From Patescibacteria group bacterium (lineage in GTDB: Bacteria > Patescibacteriota > Minisyncoccia > Phycocordibacterales > Phycocordibacteraceae), in assembly GCA_040388985.1 (NCBI GenBank), contig JAZKAU010000002.1:420114-484113 (forward strand): DNA of 64,000 nucleotides, written 5' to 3'. A program made the translations under genes and the position numbers. Positions within the stretch are counted from its first letter, which is position 1. Each line of letters opens with the position of its first letter. The notes under the pieces are model-generated. The model did no database searches. It was not told where the DNA came from and saw only the letters and a list, made by a program, of their open reading frames with translations. Below are positions 41,457-51,337 of this stretch, piece after piece.

Positions 41457-41530
41457 TTAAAAATAAAAGGGAAGTTGGGGGAGCCAGAATTGAGCCTCTG
41501 CTTCCCTTTTGTGCTATAACAATCAATAAC

Positions 41531-41615
41531 GGAGGCGTCGCATAGTGGTCTAGTGCGCACGCTTGGAAAGCGTGTGAACCGCAAGGTTCCGAGAGTTCGA
41601 ATCTCTCCGCCTCCG
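41531..41615 (+). tRNA. tRNA-Ser(GGA), long variable arm, CCA not encoded
   Basis: Acceptor GGAGGCG/CGCCTCC, anticodon arm CACGC-TTGGAAA-GCGTG, GTTCGAATC. Confidence 0.95.
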
Positions 41616-41662
41616 CAGATGTCAAAGAAGGCGCGAGAGCGCCTGATTTGCTACAGCTGCGA

Positions 41663-41789
41663 GAGGCGGAGAGATTCGAAAGCCGGAGGCGCGAAGCCGA
41701 ATCAAGTCTTCGAGATTCGTTGCCGAGGCGTGGTCAAGCGCACTTAGCGAGTCTTCGAGCTTAGTGACGAGTGACCGAATCTCTCCGCC
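41663..41789 (+). repeat. tRNA-linked structured element family B, Ser copy
   Basis: 18-nt antisense of the tRNA-Ser 3' end (41663-41680), structured core, 14-nt sense copy (41776-41789). Confidence 0.8.
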
Positions 41790-41895
41790 GCTAAACAGCA
41801 GGTGAGCTTTGCAACTATGTTTTAGCAGGATGCCGAGTAATCTCGGCGCCGCTAAGACTTTAGATTCCATGCCAAATTGTAGGGTAGTATTGAAT

Positions 41896-42633
41896 ATGCC
41901 CATGGACAGACAGCCGACCATCTCCGTCATCATCATCGCCCATAACGAGGAGGAGCATATCGGCGCATGCATAGAGCATATCTTGCATCAGACCAAGAAG
42001 GCTGATGAGATAGTAGTCATCGTGCATAACAGCACGGACAGAACGCGGGAGATCGCAGAGTCATATCCGGTCACGGTCGTGTCGTACGAAGGACCGGTAG
42101 GTATCACCTATGCGCGCCTCAAAGGCCTACAGTCCGTTTCCGGGGATATCATCCTATGCACTGACGGTGATTCTCGCGCGAAAGTCGATTGGGTAGAGAC
42201 TCTCGCACGTCTTCTTGGGGCTCGCGATAATAGGCTGGTCGGGTCATACGTACGCCTCGAAGGGAACTTGTTCGTACGGTTGTTCAGCATCGTGCATAAG
42301 TACTCGTGCGCCCGGAAGGACGCCGCAGCCGCTTCGTGGGTGTGGGGCGCGAGCATGGGATTCTGGGGGAAAGATATCGGGCGAGTACGACCGATCTTCG
42401 AACAGGGCAGTTCCCTGTCGAAAGAAATCGGACTATCGCGTAATCCTGAAGATTACTGGCTCGCCCTATTCATGAGTCGGGCAGGAAATATCGAAGTGAC
42501 GAATCACACCTACGTCGCAGTCCGAGCGAAAGAGACGTCATTCTGGCACGGACTCAAGCGAAATCGTGAAAATATCGGTAACGGGGAGCGGATGCTCAAA
42601 TATTTCAAAGAGCATCCCGAGCTTACGTCTTAG
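41896..42633 (+). CDS. Glycosyltransferase family 2
   Basis: ISVIIIAHNEE, STDRT, TDGD (DxD). Confidence 0.88.
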   Translation: MPMDRQPTISVIIIAHNEEEHIGACIEHILHQTKKADEIVVIVHNSTDRTREIAESYPVTVVSYEGPVGITYARLKGLQSVSGDIILCTDGDSRAKVDWVETLARLLGARDNRLVGSYVRLEGNLFVRLFSIVHKYSCARKDAAAASWVWGASMGFWGKDIGRVRPIFEQGSSLSKEIGLSRNPEDYWLALFMSRAGNIEVTNHTYVAVRAKETSFWHGLKRNRENIGNGERMLKYFKEHPELTS

Positions 42634-42937
42634 GAATCCACTGGGACTCCTTGAGATCGACTTTCTCACCGCGGAAGATGACTCCTTCCTTCCGAAGCAT
42701 CAGACCCTTAGTCTTGGTACCGTCACCGTAAGCATAGCCCGCAAGGGCTCCAGTAGAACCCACGACCCGGTGGCACGGTACCGCCTCAGTATCCTTATTC
42801 GTGCTCATACAGGTACCCACCGCACGCGCGGCTCCCGGCCTTCCCGCGAGTGCTGCGACTTGGCCGTAGGTTGCGACCTTGCCTTTGGGAATGCTCGCGA
42901 CAACCGCATATACCGTCTGTTTGAAATTGCTTTTCAT
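42623..42937 (-). CDS. Methylated-DNA-protein-cysteine methyltransferase (MGMT) family protein
   Basis: IPKGKVATYGQVA, ARAVG, VPCHRVV. Confidence 0.92.
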   Translation of the reverse strand: MKSNFKQTVYAVVASIPKGKVATYGQVAALAGRPGAARAVGTCMSTNKDTEAVPCHRVVGSTGALAGYAYGDGTKTKGLMLRKEGVIFRGEKVDLKESQWIPKT

Positions 42938-43105
42938 ATGAAGGCAGTATAGCGCAGACTGAACGATCGCAGCTAGGTAGTATACCCCGTATGACAGCTA
43001 GGACTGAAGATAACGAATGCCAGACGTGCAGGTTCACGTGCCCAAGTCTTTCATTTCAGGAATGCCTCTATACGTTGAGGCTGTCATACGGGGTATACTG
43101 AGCAT

Positions 43106-43630
43106 ATGAACCTTAAGAGACATTATGTCCTTTATGGGCTGCTCGCGCTTATCCTCATCGTCGGACTACTACTCCTTCTGTTCCCAAGGCCCGAATTCAT
43201 GTCCTTTACGGCACCCGCGCCTACTAGCGGCGTAGCTACCAGCAGCCCCGGATTACTTCCGGCTACAAATACTCAATCGCTTCAGCCAGCCATGCATTTC
43301 GAGGTAGTGACGAGTACTTCTTCCCAAGCCCTGGGTCTTGGTGGCCGCGCTGATGTGCCCCAGGACTACGGCATGCTCTTCGTCTTCGCAAAACCTGACC
43401 GCTACGGATTCTGGATGAAGGATATGCTGGTACCTATCGATATGATCTGGCTTTCGGACACCGGAACGATACTTTCCATCGACAGCTCGGTAGCACCAAG
43501 CACCTACCCGAAGTCATTCTACCCGCCCGTGCCGGTGCGCTATGTCCTTGAGACCAGGGCAGGCGAGGCAGCTCGCCGCGGATGGAGGGTGGGCACCTAC
43601 GTTGATCTCCCCATCCCATACGGGAAGTAA
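43106..43630 (+). CDS. DUF192 domain protein
   Basis: GLGGR, GMLFVF, FWMKDMLVPIDMIWL, YVLE. Confidence 0.9.
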   Translation: MNLKRHYVLYGLLALILIVGLLLLLFPRPEFMSFTAPAPTSGVATSSPGLLPATNTQSLQPAMHFEVVTSTSSQALGLGGRADVPQDYGMLFVFAKPDRYGFWMKDMLVPIDMIWLSDTGTILSIDSSVAPSTYPKSFYPPVPVRYVLETRAGEAARRGWRVGTYVDLPIPYGK

Positions 43631-43780
43631 CTCCTCTATTCCATCTTGCTCCATCGTCGGAATGAGCAAGTCGCGCGAAGGACAATAGTTCCCGAGAAGG
43701 GCGAGGTCGTGCAGGCCTCGATGCGAGCACTTTGCAAGGAAGCTATTGTCGCATCAAGGCGTAGCGAATGGAGAGTTTCG

Positions 43781-43789
43781 TGGTATAAT
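43781..43789 (+). promoter_or_regulatory. Extended -10 promoter of rnpB
   Basis: TGGTATAAT just upstream of the P1 stem. Confidence 0.65.
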
Positions 43790-43794
43790 GCAAC

Positions 43795-44158
43795 TCGGAC
43801 CGGCACAGACGATCGCTCGGTCGCAAGATCGAGAGGAAAGTCCGAACACAGGCCAGGGCGCAAGTCCTGGCAGCAGGGTAGCGGGTAACGCCCGTCCGCA
43901 GCGATGCGCGAGGTGCGAGCAGAAACGTTCGATTCCGAAAGGATAGAAGCTCTCCAGCAGAGCGTTCTGGCGGCGACGCCAGAGTGAAACGGCTAAATCC
44001 TTACCTCTGTGCAAGGCCGTGCCGAGCCTATTCTTTAGAATAGGCTCGGAGCGCCGCTTGAATCTTCTAGTAATAGAAGATCTTAGATAGATGGTCGTCT
44101 CCGTCATCCGCCAGCTGGCGGATAGCGGAACAGAATTCGGCTTATCGTGCCGATCCGA
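43795..44158 (+). ncRNA. rnpB: RNase P RNA
   Basis: GAGGAAAGTCC and ACAGAATTCGGCTTAT universal motifs; P1 TCGGACCGGCAC/GTGCCGATCCGA. Confidence 0.93.
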
Positions 44159-44162
44159 ACAT

Positions 44163-44190
44163 GCGAAAACCGCCTTACGGCGGTTTTCGC
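44163..44190 (+). terminator. Terminator after rnpB
   Basis: GCGAAAACCGCC-TTAC-GGCGGTTTTCGC. Confidence 0.7.
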
Positions 44191-44318
44191 TCATTCATCT
44201 GTGAGATGAAATCTGCACGTTCTCCCCACCATATGTGCTATACGGGCGCGATTCCTGGGTATACTTCATAGGTACTTATTAGGTTCAGGGTTAATCCCGT
44301 AATTACGGAGTAAAAAAT

Positions 44319-46754
44319 ATGAACGATACACCAATCGTACCTTCTGCGTCACACCCGCGACGCGTAACGTTCGACATGCTTGCCATCTGGGCACTCTCGC
44401 TTACTGCGGCGGTGGCTGTCTTGGCTTTTATCCCTTCGGCAACGATTCCCTTCATCTATAGCAAGGTATCTCTTATCGCTATAGGCGGACTCATATCGCT
44501 TGTCCTCTATATACTGGCGCGACTCACTCGCGGCAATATAATCGTCCCGCCGGTGGCGCTCGTAGGCGCGTTCTGGCTCGTTCCGCTCGCCTACGCCTTA
44601 TCGACGCTCTTCTCGGGTGCCGGCATGCGCAGCGCACTGCTTGGAACTGAGCTCGAATCCGATACGTTCGGATTCATGCTCATCCTCGCGGTTTTCGCGA
44701 CGATCGTCGCGCTCGCATTCCGCAGGTCAGCTCAGTACCGCCTCTTCTTCAAGATAGGGGGTATCGTGCTTGCTATCGCGCTCGCGCTTCAAGTGCTCTT
44801 TATCATCATAGGTCATGTGACCAGCACGTTTGCCGTAACGACGAACGTCGTCGGCTCATTCGCTGACATGGGTATGCTGGTCGGGCTTGGCGTCACATTG
44901 TCCTTGCTCGCGCTCCGCTTCCTTACCGTAAGCAACCGCAACCGCAAGTTCCTCTGGGCGCTTATCGTCGCCGGACTCGTCGCCCTCGCCCTCGTTAACT
45001 CGGGTCTCATATGGGGCCTCGTCGGTCTTACGGCGCTCGGTCTCTTCATAGAAGCCATCATGCGCAGGCGGGTGGGATCAGTCGACGAAGATTTCGACGG
45101 CGTCGCGACGAGTATCTCAACAGAATCTGAAGCGAGAAATGACGGAGAAACGCAGGGCCTGGGAGCGCCGCTCGCCGTGCTAGTAATCGCGCTCTTCTTT
45201 ATCATCGGCGGAAGCACCATCGGCGCATCCTTGGTCAATGCCTTCGGCGCTAATTACCTGGATGTCCGTCCGTCATGGCAGTCTACTTTCGACGTAGGAA
45301 GCCATACGTACGCTTCTTCGCCGCTCTTCGGTTCCGGGCCCGGTACCTTCGGTACTCAGTGGCTCGCCTTCCGTGATCAGAGCCTCAATAACACCGTATT
45401 CTGGAACGTCGACTTCACGTCAGGCGTGGGCTTCATCCCGACGTCCTTCGTGACCACCGGCATCGCAGGCGCGCTTGCCTGGATCGCCTTCCTCGTCCTC
45501 TTCCTCTATATCGGCATCCGAGCGCTTCTGTTCCGGGCGCCTGAGGAGCCGTTCGTGCGGTACGTATCCATCGCGACGTTCGTAGGCAGCATCTATGTCT
45601 TCACGCTCGCCTTCTTCACGATTCCGGGCCCTGTCGTCTTATTGACCGGATTCGTGTTCGCCGGACTCTTCGTGTCGAGCTTGCGCTATGGCGGAAGCCG
45701 CCGCGAGTGGGGCATCGTCTTCTCGAAGAATCCTCGGGTCGGCTTCGTCATCGTATTCGGCCTTACTCTGCTCCTGCTTGCAAGCGTACTCTCTGCCTAT
45801 GTCGTCATCGAGCGGTATCTGGGCAGCGTCGCGTACGCTGAAGCGGCACAGGCACTCCAGGCAGGGAATATAGCGAAGGCTGAGACCGACATACAGCGCT
45901 CGATACTGTTCGCTCCGAGCGACCGCGCGTATCAGCTGCTCGCGACCGCGAGCGTCATGCAGATGAATGCGATAGCGAATAACTCGACCCTGAGCCCGTC
46001 GGAAGCGCAGCAACAGTTCCAGGCAGCGCTCTCGAACGGCATCTCAGCCGCGACGCTCGCCACGCAGATAGCGCCGCGTAACTATCAGAATTGGGTGGTT
46101 CTCGGCAACGTATATCAATCAGTCGTTCCCTTCAAGATAGCGGGCGCCTACGATAACGCGAAGGCAGCCTTTACCCAGGCCGTGAAGCTCAATCCGACGA
46201 ATCCGACGCTTCCGTTCGCCCTCGCGCAGCTCGAGATAGCGCAGGGTAACGCCGCCGCCGCTGAGACGGATCTGGCGACCGCCATCGGACTCAAGCGCGA
46301 CTACACGCAGGCCATCCTGGTCCTGTCGCAGCTCCAGGTATCCGAAGGTAAGGCTGCCGAGGCGCTCCAGGCTGCTGAAGCTGCCATGTACTTCGCGCCA
46401 AACGACGCGAACGTCCTCTTCCAGGTCGGTATCCTGAAGCTCGGTACCGGTGACGCCGCTGGCGCCGTACAGGTACTGACCGCAGCGGTCAATCAGAACG
46501 CGCAGTATGCGAACGCTCGCTTCTTCCTCGCCGTCGCACTTGCGACCACCGGAAAGAATCCTGAGGCGCTCGCGCAGCTCGAAGCTATCGCCGCGCTCTC
46601 TCCCGAGAACGCACAGGCTGTAGCTGCTGATATCGCGAGTCTCAAGGCAGGAAAGAATCCGTTCACGGCCATCCGCCAAGGAGCGCTCGGTATCCCACAG
46701 ACTCCGGTGAAGGACGCTCCGAAAGCAGGTACCGCTCCGGTTCCGGCTCAGTAG
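44319..46754 (+). CDS. Polytopic membrane protein (O-antigen ligase/Wzy_C-like) with C-terminal TPR repeats
   Basis: Many TMs, PLFGSGPGTF motif, Ala-rich TPR helices (AVKLNP, YANARF.LA). Confidence 0.75.
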   Translation: MNDTPIVPSASHPRRVTFDMLAIWALSLTAAVAVLAFIPSATIPFIYSKVSLIAIGGLISLVLYILARLTRGNIIVPPVALVGAFWLVPLAYALSTLFSGAGMRSALLGTELESDTFGFMLILAVFATIVALAFRRSAQYRLFFKIGGIVLAIALALQVLFIIIGHVTSTFAVTTNVVGSFADMGMLVGLGVTLSLLALRFLTVSNRNRKFLWALIVAGLVALALVNSGLIWGLVGLTALGLFIEAIMRRRVGSVDEDFDGVATSISTESEARNDGETQGLGAPLAVLVIALFFIIGGSTIGASLVNAFGANYLDVRPSWQSTFDVGSHTYASSPLFGSGPGTFGTQWLAFRDQSLNNTVFWNVDFTSGVGFIPTSFVTTGIAGALAWIAFLVLFLYIGIRALLFRAPEEPFVRYVSIATFVGSIYVFTLAFFTIPGPVVLLTGFVFAGLFVSSLRYGGSRREWGIVFSKNPRVGFVIVFGLTLLLLASVLSAYVVIERYLGSVAYAEAAQALQAGNIAKAETDIQRSILFAPSDRAYQLLATASVMQMNAIANNSTLSPSEAQQQFQAALSNGISAATLATQIAPRNYQNWVVLGNVYQSVVPFKIAGAYDNAKAAFTQAVKLNPTNPTLPFALAQLEIAQGNAAAAETDLATAIGLKRDYTQAILVLSQLQVSEGKAAEALQAAEAAMYFAPNDANVLFQVGILKLGTGDAAGAVQVLTAAVNQNAQYANARFFLAVALATTGKNPEALAQLEAIAALSPENAQAVAADIASLKAGKNPFTAIRQGALGIPQTPVKDAPKAGTAPVPAQ

Positions 46755-46770
46755 CGTACAATAGAGCGTA

Positions 46771-48483
46771 ATGGTGCGTCGCATCCTCACCCGAATCACG
46801 GCGCCCGTGCGCAGCATTACCCGACCGATACGCGGCCTGCATCAGGCCGCGTATCTGCTTGCCGGGCTCACGCTTGCCTCGCAAGCGCTCGCCCTGCTGC
46901 GCGATCGCATCTTCGCGCACATGTTCGGTGCAGGCCAGGTGCTCGACCTCTATTACGCTGCCTTCAAGGTCCCTGACCTGGTGTATGCGCTGGTCGTATC
47001 GCTCGTGTCGGCTTACGTGCTCATCCCGAAACTATCTGAACGTATAGAACGTGAAGGGAAGCCGTCGGCGCAGAAGCTCATCTCGCAGGCGGCCACCTTC
47101 CTGCTCGCCTTCGGCGGCATCGTCTGCATCGTCTTCGCGCTCTTCGCGCCGTTCTTCCTCTTCAAGCTCTTCCCGACGTTCCAGGCGTCCGCGCACCGCG
47201 GGGAATTCATCTTCCTGGCGCGACTGCTACTCATCCAGCCAATCTTGCTCGGACTCTCGAGCGTGCTCTCAAGCGTCACGCAGATAGAGCGTCGGTTCTT
47301 CCTCTTCGCCATGTCCCCGGTCCTCTATAACCTGGGCATCATCCTCGGGACCGTCTTGCTCTATCCGAGCCTCGGGCTTGTCGGTATCGGTATCGGGGTA
47401 GTCATAGGCGCTCTCGTGCACCTGCTGCTGCACGTGCCGGTGGTGGTGCGCGCAGGCCTCATGCCGCGACTCACGCTTCCGAACATGCGGGAACTGCTCG
47501 CGCTCTTCAAGGACTCGCTACCGCGCTCGCTCGCGCTCGCTATGGGTTCGCTCACGACGCTCCTGCTGATATCGCTCGCTTCGCGCGAAGGGGAAGGCGG
47601 CGTGGCCGTATACACGCTTGCGGGGAATCTCGAAGCGGTACCGCTCTCGCTCATAGCGGCGTCGTACGTTACTGCCGCCTTCCCGGTCATGGCCGAGCAA
47701 GCGGGCGCGGCTCGGTTCGATGCATTCAAGGAAACCGTGACGGTGGCCGCGCGTCACATCATCTTCTGGTCGTCGGTCGTGACGGTCCTTGCCGTGGTGC
47801 TGCGCGCTCACATCGTACGTATCGTGCTCGGCTCCGGACAGTTCAACTGGGACGATACGCGTCTCACCGCAGCGATTCTCGCCGTGCTGGTCATGGGACT
47901 TCTCGCGCAGGGAATCATCCTCCTGTGTTCGCGCGCTTTCTACGCGGCGGGACGCTCGTGGAACCCGCTGCTCGTGCAGCTCGGGGATGCGGGCATATCG
48001 GTGGCTATCGCCTACGGCCTCGTGCATCTTGCGCGCGCCGAACCGATGATCCGCTACTTCATGGAGGCGCTGCTTCGTGTCGAAGACGTGCCGGGAGCCT
48101 CCGTGCTCTTCATCGCGCTCGGCTATACCATCGGCCAGTTCGTGATGGTTACGGTCGCGCTCTGCACGCTCAAGGTTGTGGCGGGCGGCGTCGCACGTTC
48201 GCTTACCAGATCCTTGTTCGAAGGACTCGGCGCAGCCATACTCGGCGGCGCGGCCAGCTACGGCGTGCTCACCTTCGTGGGTACTATCGCGCCGCTTACG
48301 CGGGTAGGGACCGTCTTTGCGGACGGTGCCCTTGCTGGTATGGTAGGACTTATAGTGGCTGGTAGCGTGCTCGCCCTCCTTGAGAACCGGGAATTCCGCG
48401 ACCTCGTCGACTCCCTAAAGCGCCTCACTTCGACCAAGGCTCTCCAACCATTCAGTCCTATTCATGACCGCACGGATCCGTAA
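46771..48483 (+). CDS. murJ: Lipid II flippase MurJ
   Basis: LALLRDRIFAHMFGAG..LDLYYAAFKVPD, SRAFYA. Confidence 0.9.
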   Translation: MVRRILTRITAPVRSITRPIRGLHQAAYLLAGLTLASQALALLRDRIFAHMFGAGQVLDLYYAAFKVPDLVYALVVSLVSAYVLIPKLSERIEREGKPSAQKLISQAATFLLAFGGIVCIVFALFAPFFLFKLFPTFQASAHRGEFIFLARLLLIQPILLGLSSVLSSVTQIERRFFLFAMSPVLYNLGIILGTVLLYPSLGLVGIGIGVVIGALVHLLLHVPVVVRAGLMPRLTLPNMRELLALFKDSLPRSLALAMGSLTTLLLISLASREGEGGVAVYTLAGNLEAVPLSLIAASYVTAAFPVMAEQAGAARFDAFKETVTVAARHIIFWSSVVTVLAVVLRAHIVRIVLGSGQFNWDDTRLTAAILAVLVMGLLAQGIILLCSRAFYAAGRSWNPLLVQLGDAGISVAIAYGLVHLARAEPMIRYFMEALLRVEDVPGASVLFIALGYTIGQFVMVTVALCTLKVVAGGVARSLTRSLFEGLGAAILGGAASYGVLTFVGTIAPLTRVGTVFADGALAGMVGLIVAGSVLALLENREFRDLVDSLKRLTSTKALQPFSPIHDRTDP

Positions 48484-48519
48484 TTTTAGTTATCTATTAT
48501 AGCTCCACTAGCTCACGTC
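48464..48519 (+). pseudogene. Stranded remnant of the original lepA 5' end
   Basis: ATG ACC GCA CGG ATC CGT AAT TTT AGT = MTARIRNFS, then disrupted ATT ATA GCT / GCT CAC GTC (IIA / AHV). Confidence 0.65.
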
Positions 48520-48537
48520 ATGATATAGTATGAGGGT

Positions 48538-49374
48538 ATGGGAAGATCCAAAGTCCTTATACCTGAGGACGACTTGAAGCGACTGTATATTAGTGAGCAT
48601 TGGTCACCCGCAAAAATTGGTGATACATATGGTTGCAATTCCATCACTGTACGTTCCCGCCTGATTGAAGCCGGAATCCCATTGAAGACAAAAAGCGCCG
48701 CCCATACGCGGTATCCTAAAAGCGATTTCAATGGATCAGATATTGAAAAAGCATATATGCTGGGTTTTCGATACGGAGATTTGAACGTCTACTTGCCTCG
48801 AGGAAAATCAGAAACCATAGTCGTGCGTTCGCATTCGACGCTTGCCGTGCAAGGAAATTTGTTCAAGAGACTTTTTGAGTCCTACGGAACGATTACTGTT
48901 TCTAAGAATGTAAGAAGTACTCAAATGACTACATATCTGAATATGAGCTTCAGCTTTCTTCTCGGTAAGTATCCGACTGAAATGCGAGAATGGCTTGCCT
49001 CGTCCAATGAAAGACTTTGGTCATTTGCAGCGGGGTACATAGATGCGGAAGGAACATTCGGACTAAATCAAGGTAAGGGTAGGTTCAAGATAGACGCATA
49101 CGATTACGAAATTCTATTCGACATACATTCTCTTTTTCTTCACTCAGGCATCAATAGCAAATTTCGCGTCATTGCTCGAAAAGGAGAGAATGATTATGGT
49201 TGGATATGGAAACATGACCTTTGGAGGATCTCCGTGAATGAAGCGAAATCAATCGAAACGCTGATACACAAAAGCAAACCTTACATGCTTCACGAAAAGC
49301 GCATTACTGACGCAAATATGGTATTACAGAATATAGCTGAACGCAGAGTACATGGAACCATTGCATATCACTAG
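48538..49374 (+). CDS. Double-motif LAGLIDADG homing endonuclease with N-terminal HTH
   Basis: KAYMLGFRYGDLNV and FAAGYIDAEGTF motifs; visibly AT-richer than flanks; overlaps the lepA start. Confidence 0.85.
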   Translation: MGRSKVLIPEDDLKRLYISEHWSPAKIGDTYGCNSITVRSRLIEAGIPLKTKSAAHTRYPKSDFNGSDIEKAYMLGFRYGDLNVYLPRGKSETIVVRSHSTLAVQGNLFKRLFESYGTITVSKNVRSTQMTTYLNMSFSFLLGKYPTEMREWLASSNERLWSFAAGYIDAEGTFGLNQGKGRFKIDAYDYEILFDIHSLFLHSGINSKFRVIARKGENDYGWIWKHDLWRISVNEAKSIETLIHKSKPYMLHEKRITDANMVLQNIAERRVHGTIAYH

Positions 49375-51160
49375 TATCAGGAATTTTAGTATTGTGGCGC
49401 ATGTGGACCACGGAAAATCGACCCTCGCGGATCGCATGCTTGAACATACCGGTACGATTGAAGTACGTCATATGAAAGATCAGGTGCTTGACCGCATGGA
49501 TCTTGAGCGCGAGCGGGGCATTACTATCAAGATGCAGCCGGTGCGCATGAAGTTCAAAGCCAAGGACAGTCAGGAGTACACTCTGAATTTGATTGATACG
49601 CCAGGCCATATTGATTTTGCCTATGAGGTTTCAAGGTCCCTCTCGGCCGTCGAGGGCGTCATTCTGCTCGTCGACTCGACCCAGGGCATCCAGGCGCAGA
49701 CCCTTACCACGCTCGGTATGGCGCGTGAGGCTGGCTGCGTAATCATTCCGGTCATCTCGAAGATAGACGCGCCGGCGAGTCGCCCGGACGACGTCATCCT
49801 GGAACTCTCCGCGCTCCTTGACGTCGATCCGTCGAGCGTACTCGCGGTATCGGGTCGTACCGGTGCGGGCGTCGAGGAACTGCTCGAAGCCGTGGTCTCC
49901 CGAGTTCCTGCGCCGCGGGCGAGCGAAGGCACCGACTCGCGCGCGCTCATTTTCGATTTTTCCTTCTCAAGCCATCGCGGTATCGCCGTTTTCGCGCGCG
50001 TATTCGACGGCTCCTTCAAGAAAGGGGACGTGCTCAGGTTCTCAGCCGCTGGAGAGCGATTTACGGCCCTTGAAACGGGTGTCTTCATGCCTGACGAGAC
50101 ACCTACCGAGACGCTTGGCGCCGGCGAGATAGGCTACATCGTGACGGGCGTGAAGGAGGCGGGTGTCGTTGCCGTGGGAGACACTATACTGACCGACCGC
50201 GGCTCGCGCGAGCCGCTCGCAGGCTTCGAGCTGCCGCGTCCGGTCGTCTGGGCCTCCGTCTATCCTGAGAGCCAGGACGATCTTACGGAGCTACGCCAGT
50301 CGCTCGAGCGTCTGCGTCTTTCGGACTCCTCGCTCTCCTTCGAGGAGGAGTCCTCCGGCGTGCTCGGCCGTGGTTTTCGCTGCGGCTTCCTCGGCATGCT
50401 GCATCTGGAAATCGTCACTGAACGCTTGAAGCGTGAATTCAATCTCGAGCTCATCGTGACCATCCCGACAATCGCCTACAACGTGACGACCAAGGACGGC
50501 AAGCGCGAGACTATCTATACGCCGTCCAGGTTCCCGGCCTTCGGGGACGTCGTGAGCATCGAGGAGCCCTGGGTGAAGGTCGTGCTCATGACCCCGAACG
50601 AGTCCCTATCCGGCATGATGCAGCTTTTCCATGACCATGAGGGAGACGTAAAAGACACCGAGACACATCTGGATGGCCGTATCGAGCTTACCGCCGAGAT
50701 GCCGCTGCGCGAGCTCATGCGCGGCTTCTTCGATAAGGTGAAGAACGCCTCGAGCGGGTACGCATCCCTTTCCTACGAATTCCTTGACGAGCGTCCGGCG
50801 GACGTCGTGAAGCTCGAGATATATGTGGCTGAAGAGCCTGTGCCAGCGTTTGCGCGCGTGGTAGCGCGTCGTCGCGTCGAGATAGAAGGGGAGAAGATGG
50901 TCGAGAAGCTCGAGAAGATCCTGCCACGGCAGATGTTCGTGCTCAAGATCCAGGCGCATGCGCTCGGCCGCATCATCGCGAGTAAGTCCATCTCGGCGCT
51001 CCGCAAAGACGTCACGGGATACCTCTATGGAGGCGATATAACGCGCAAGATGAAGCTGCTTGAGAAGCAGAAGAAGGGGAAGAAGAGACGCGGTGCTCAC
51101 GCAAAAATGGATATACCGCAGGATGTTTTTATGAAAATGGTCCAGGACTCCGAGCGTTGA
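49352..51160 (+). CDS. lepA: Translation elongation factor 4 (LepA)
   Basis: IRNFSIVAHVDHGKSTLADR, GFRCGFLGMLH, YGGDITRKMKLLEKQKKGKK. Confidence 0.97.
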   Translation: MEPLHITSIRNFSIVAHVDHGKSTLADRMLEHTGTIEVRHMKDQVLDRMDLERERGITIKMQPVRMKFKAKDSQEYTLNLIDTPGHIDFAYEVSRSLSAVEGVILLVDSTQGIQAQTLTTLGMAREAGCVIIPVISKIDAPASRPDDVILELSALLDVDPSSVLAVSGRTGAGVEELLEAVVSRVPAPRASEGTDSRALIFDFSFSSHRGIAVFARVFDGSFKKGDVLRFSAAGERFTALETGVFMPDETPTETLGAGEIGYIVTGVKEAGVVAVGDTILTDRGSREPLAGFELPRPVVWASVYPESQDDLTELRQSLERLRLSDSSLSFEEESSGVLGRGFRCGFLGMLHLEIVTERLKREFNLELIVTIPTIAYNVTTKDGKRETIYTPSRFPAFGDVVSIEEPWVKVVLMTPNESLSGMMQLFHDHEGDVKDTETHLDGRIELTAEMPLRELMRGFFDKVKNASSGYASLSYEFLDERPADVVKLEIYVAEEPVPAFARVVARRRVEIEGEKMVEKLEKILPRQMFVLKIQAHALGRIIASKSISALRKDVTGYLYGGDITRKMKLLEKQKKGKKRRGAHAKMDIPQDVFMKMVQDSER

Positions 51161-51286
51161 CCGACCTCTAAAAGACCTCATCTGCGTTGTTGCAGCTTCA
51201 AGAATTTCTTCCGCCGTACGCTTCAGTACGTTTCCAGAAATTCTTTCGCTGCGCCTAGCACCTGAAGCCTTTTTAAAGGCCGTTCA
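51158..51286 (+). repeat. Dispersed hairpin repeat family A, copy 6
   Basis: Starts at the lepA stop; CATCTGCGTTGTT, CCGTACGCTTCAGTACG, GCGCCTAGCACCTG; inner stem AAGAATTTCT/AGAAATTCTT. Confidence 0.85.
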
Positions 51287-51337
51287 GTTGGTCAAACGAA
51301 CGTTACGAGTTGCCGAGACTTGCTATACTGAAGGACA

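Noticed and set aside
48490-49390. Group I intron or intein in lepA
   Set aside because: The insert is almost fully occupied by the endonuclease ORF, leaving no room for a ribozyme core. It is not in frame with lepA and lacks intein termini, and lepA has its own complete start
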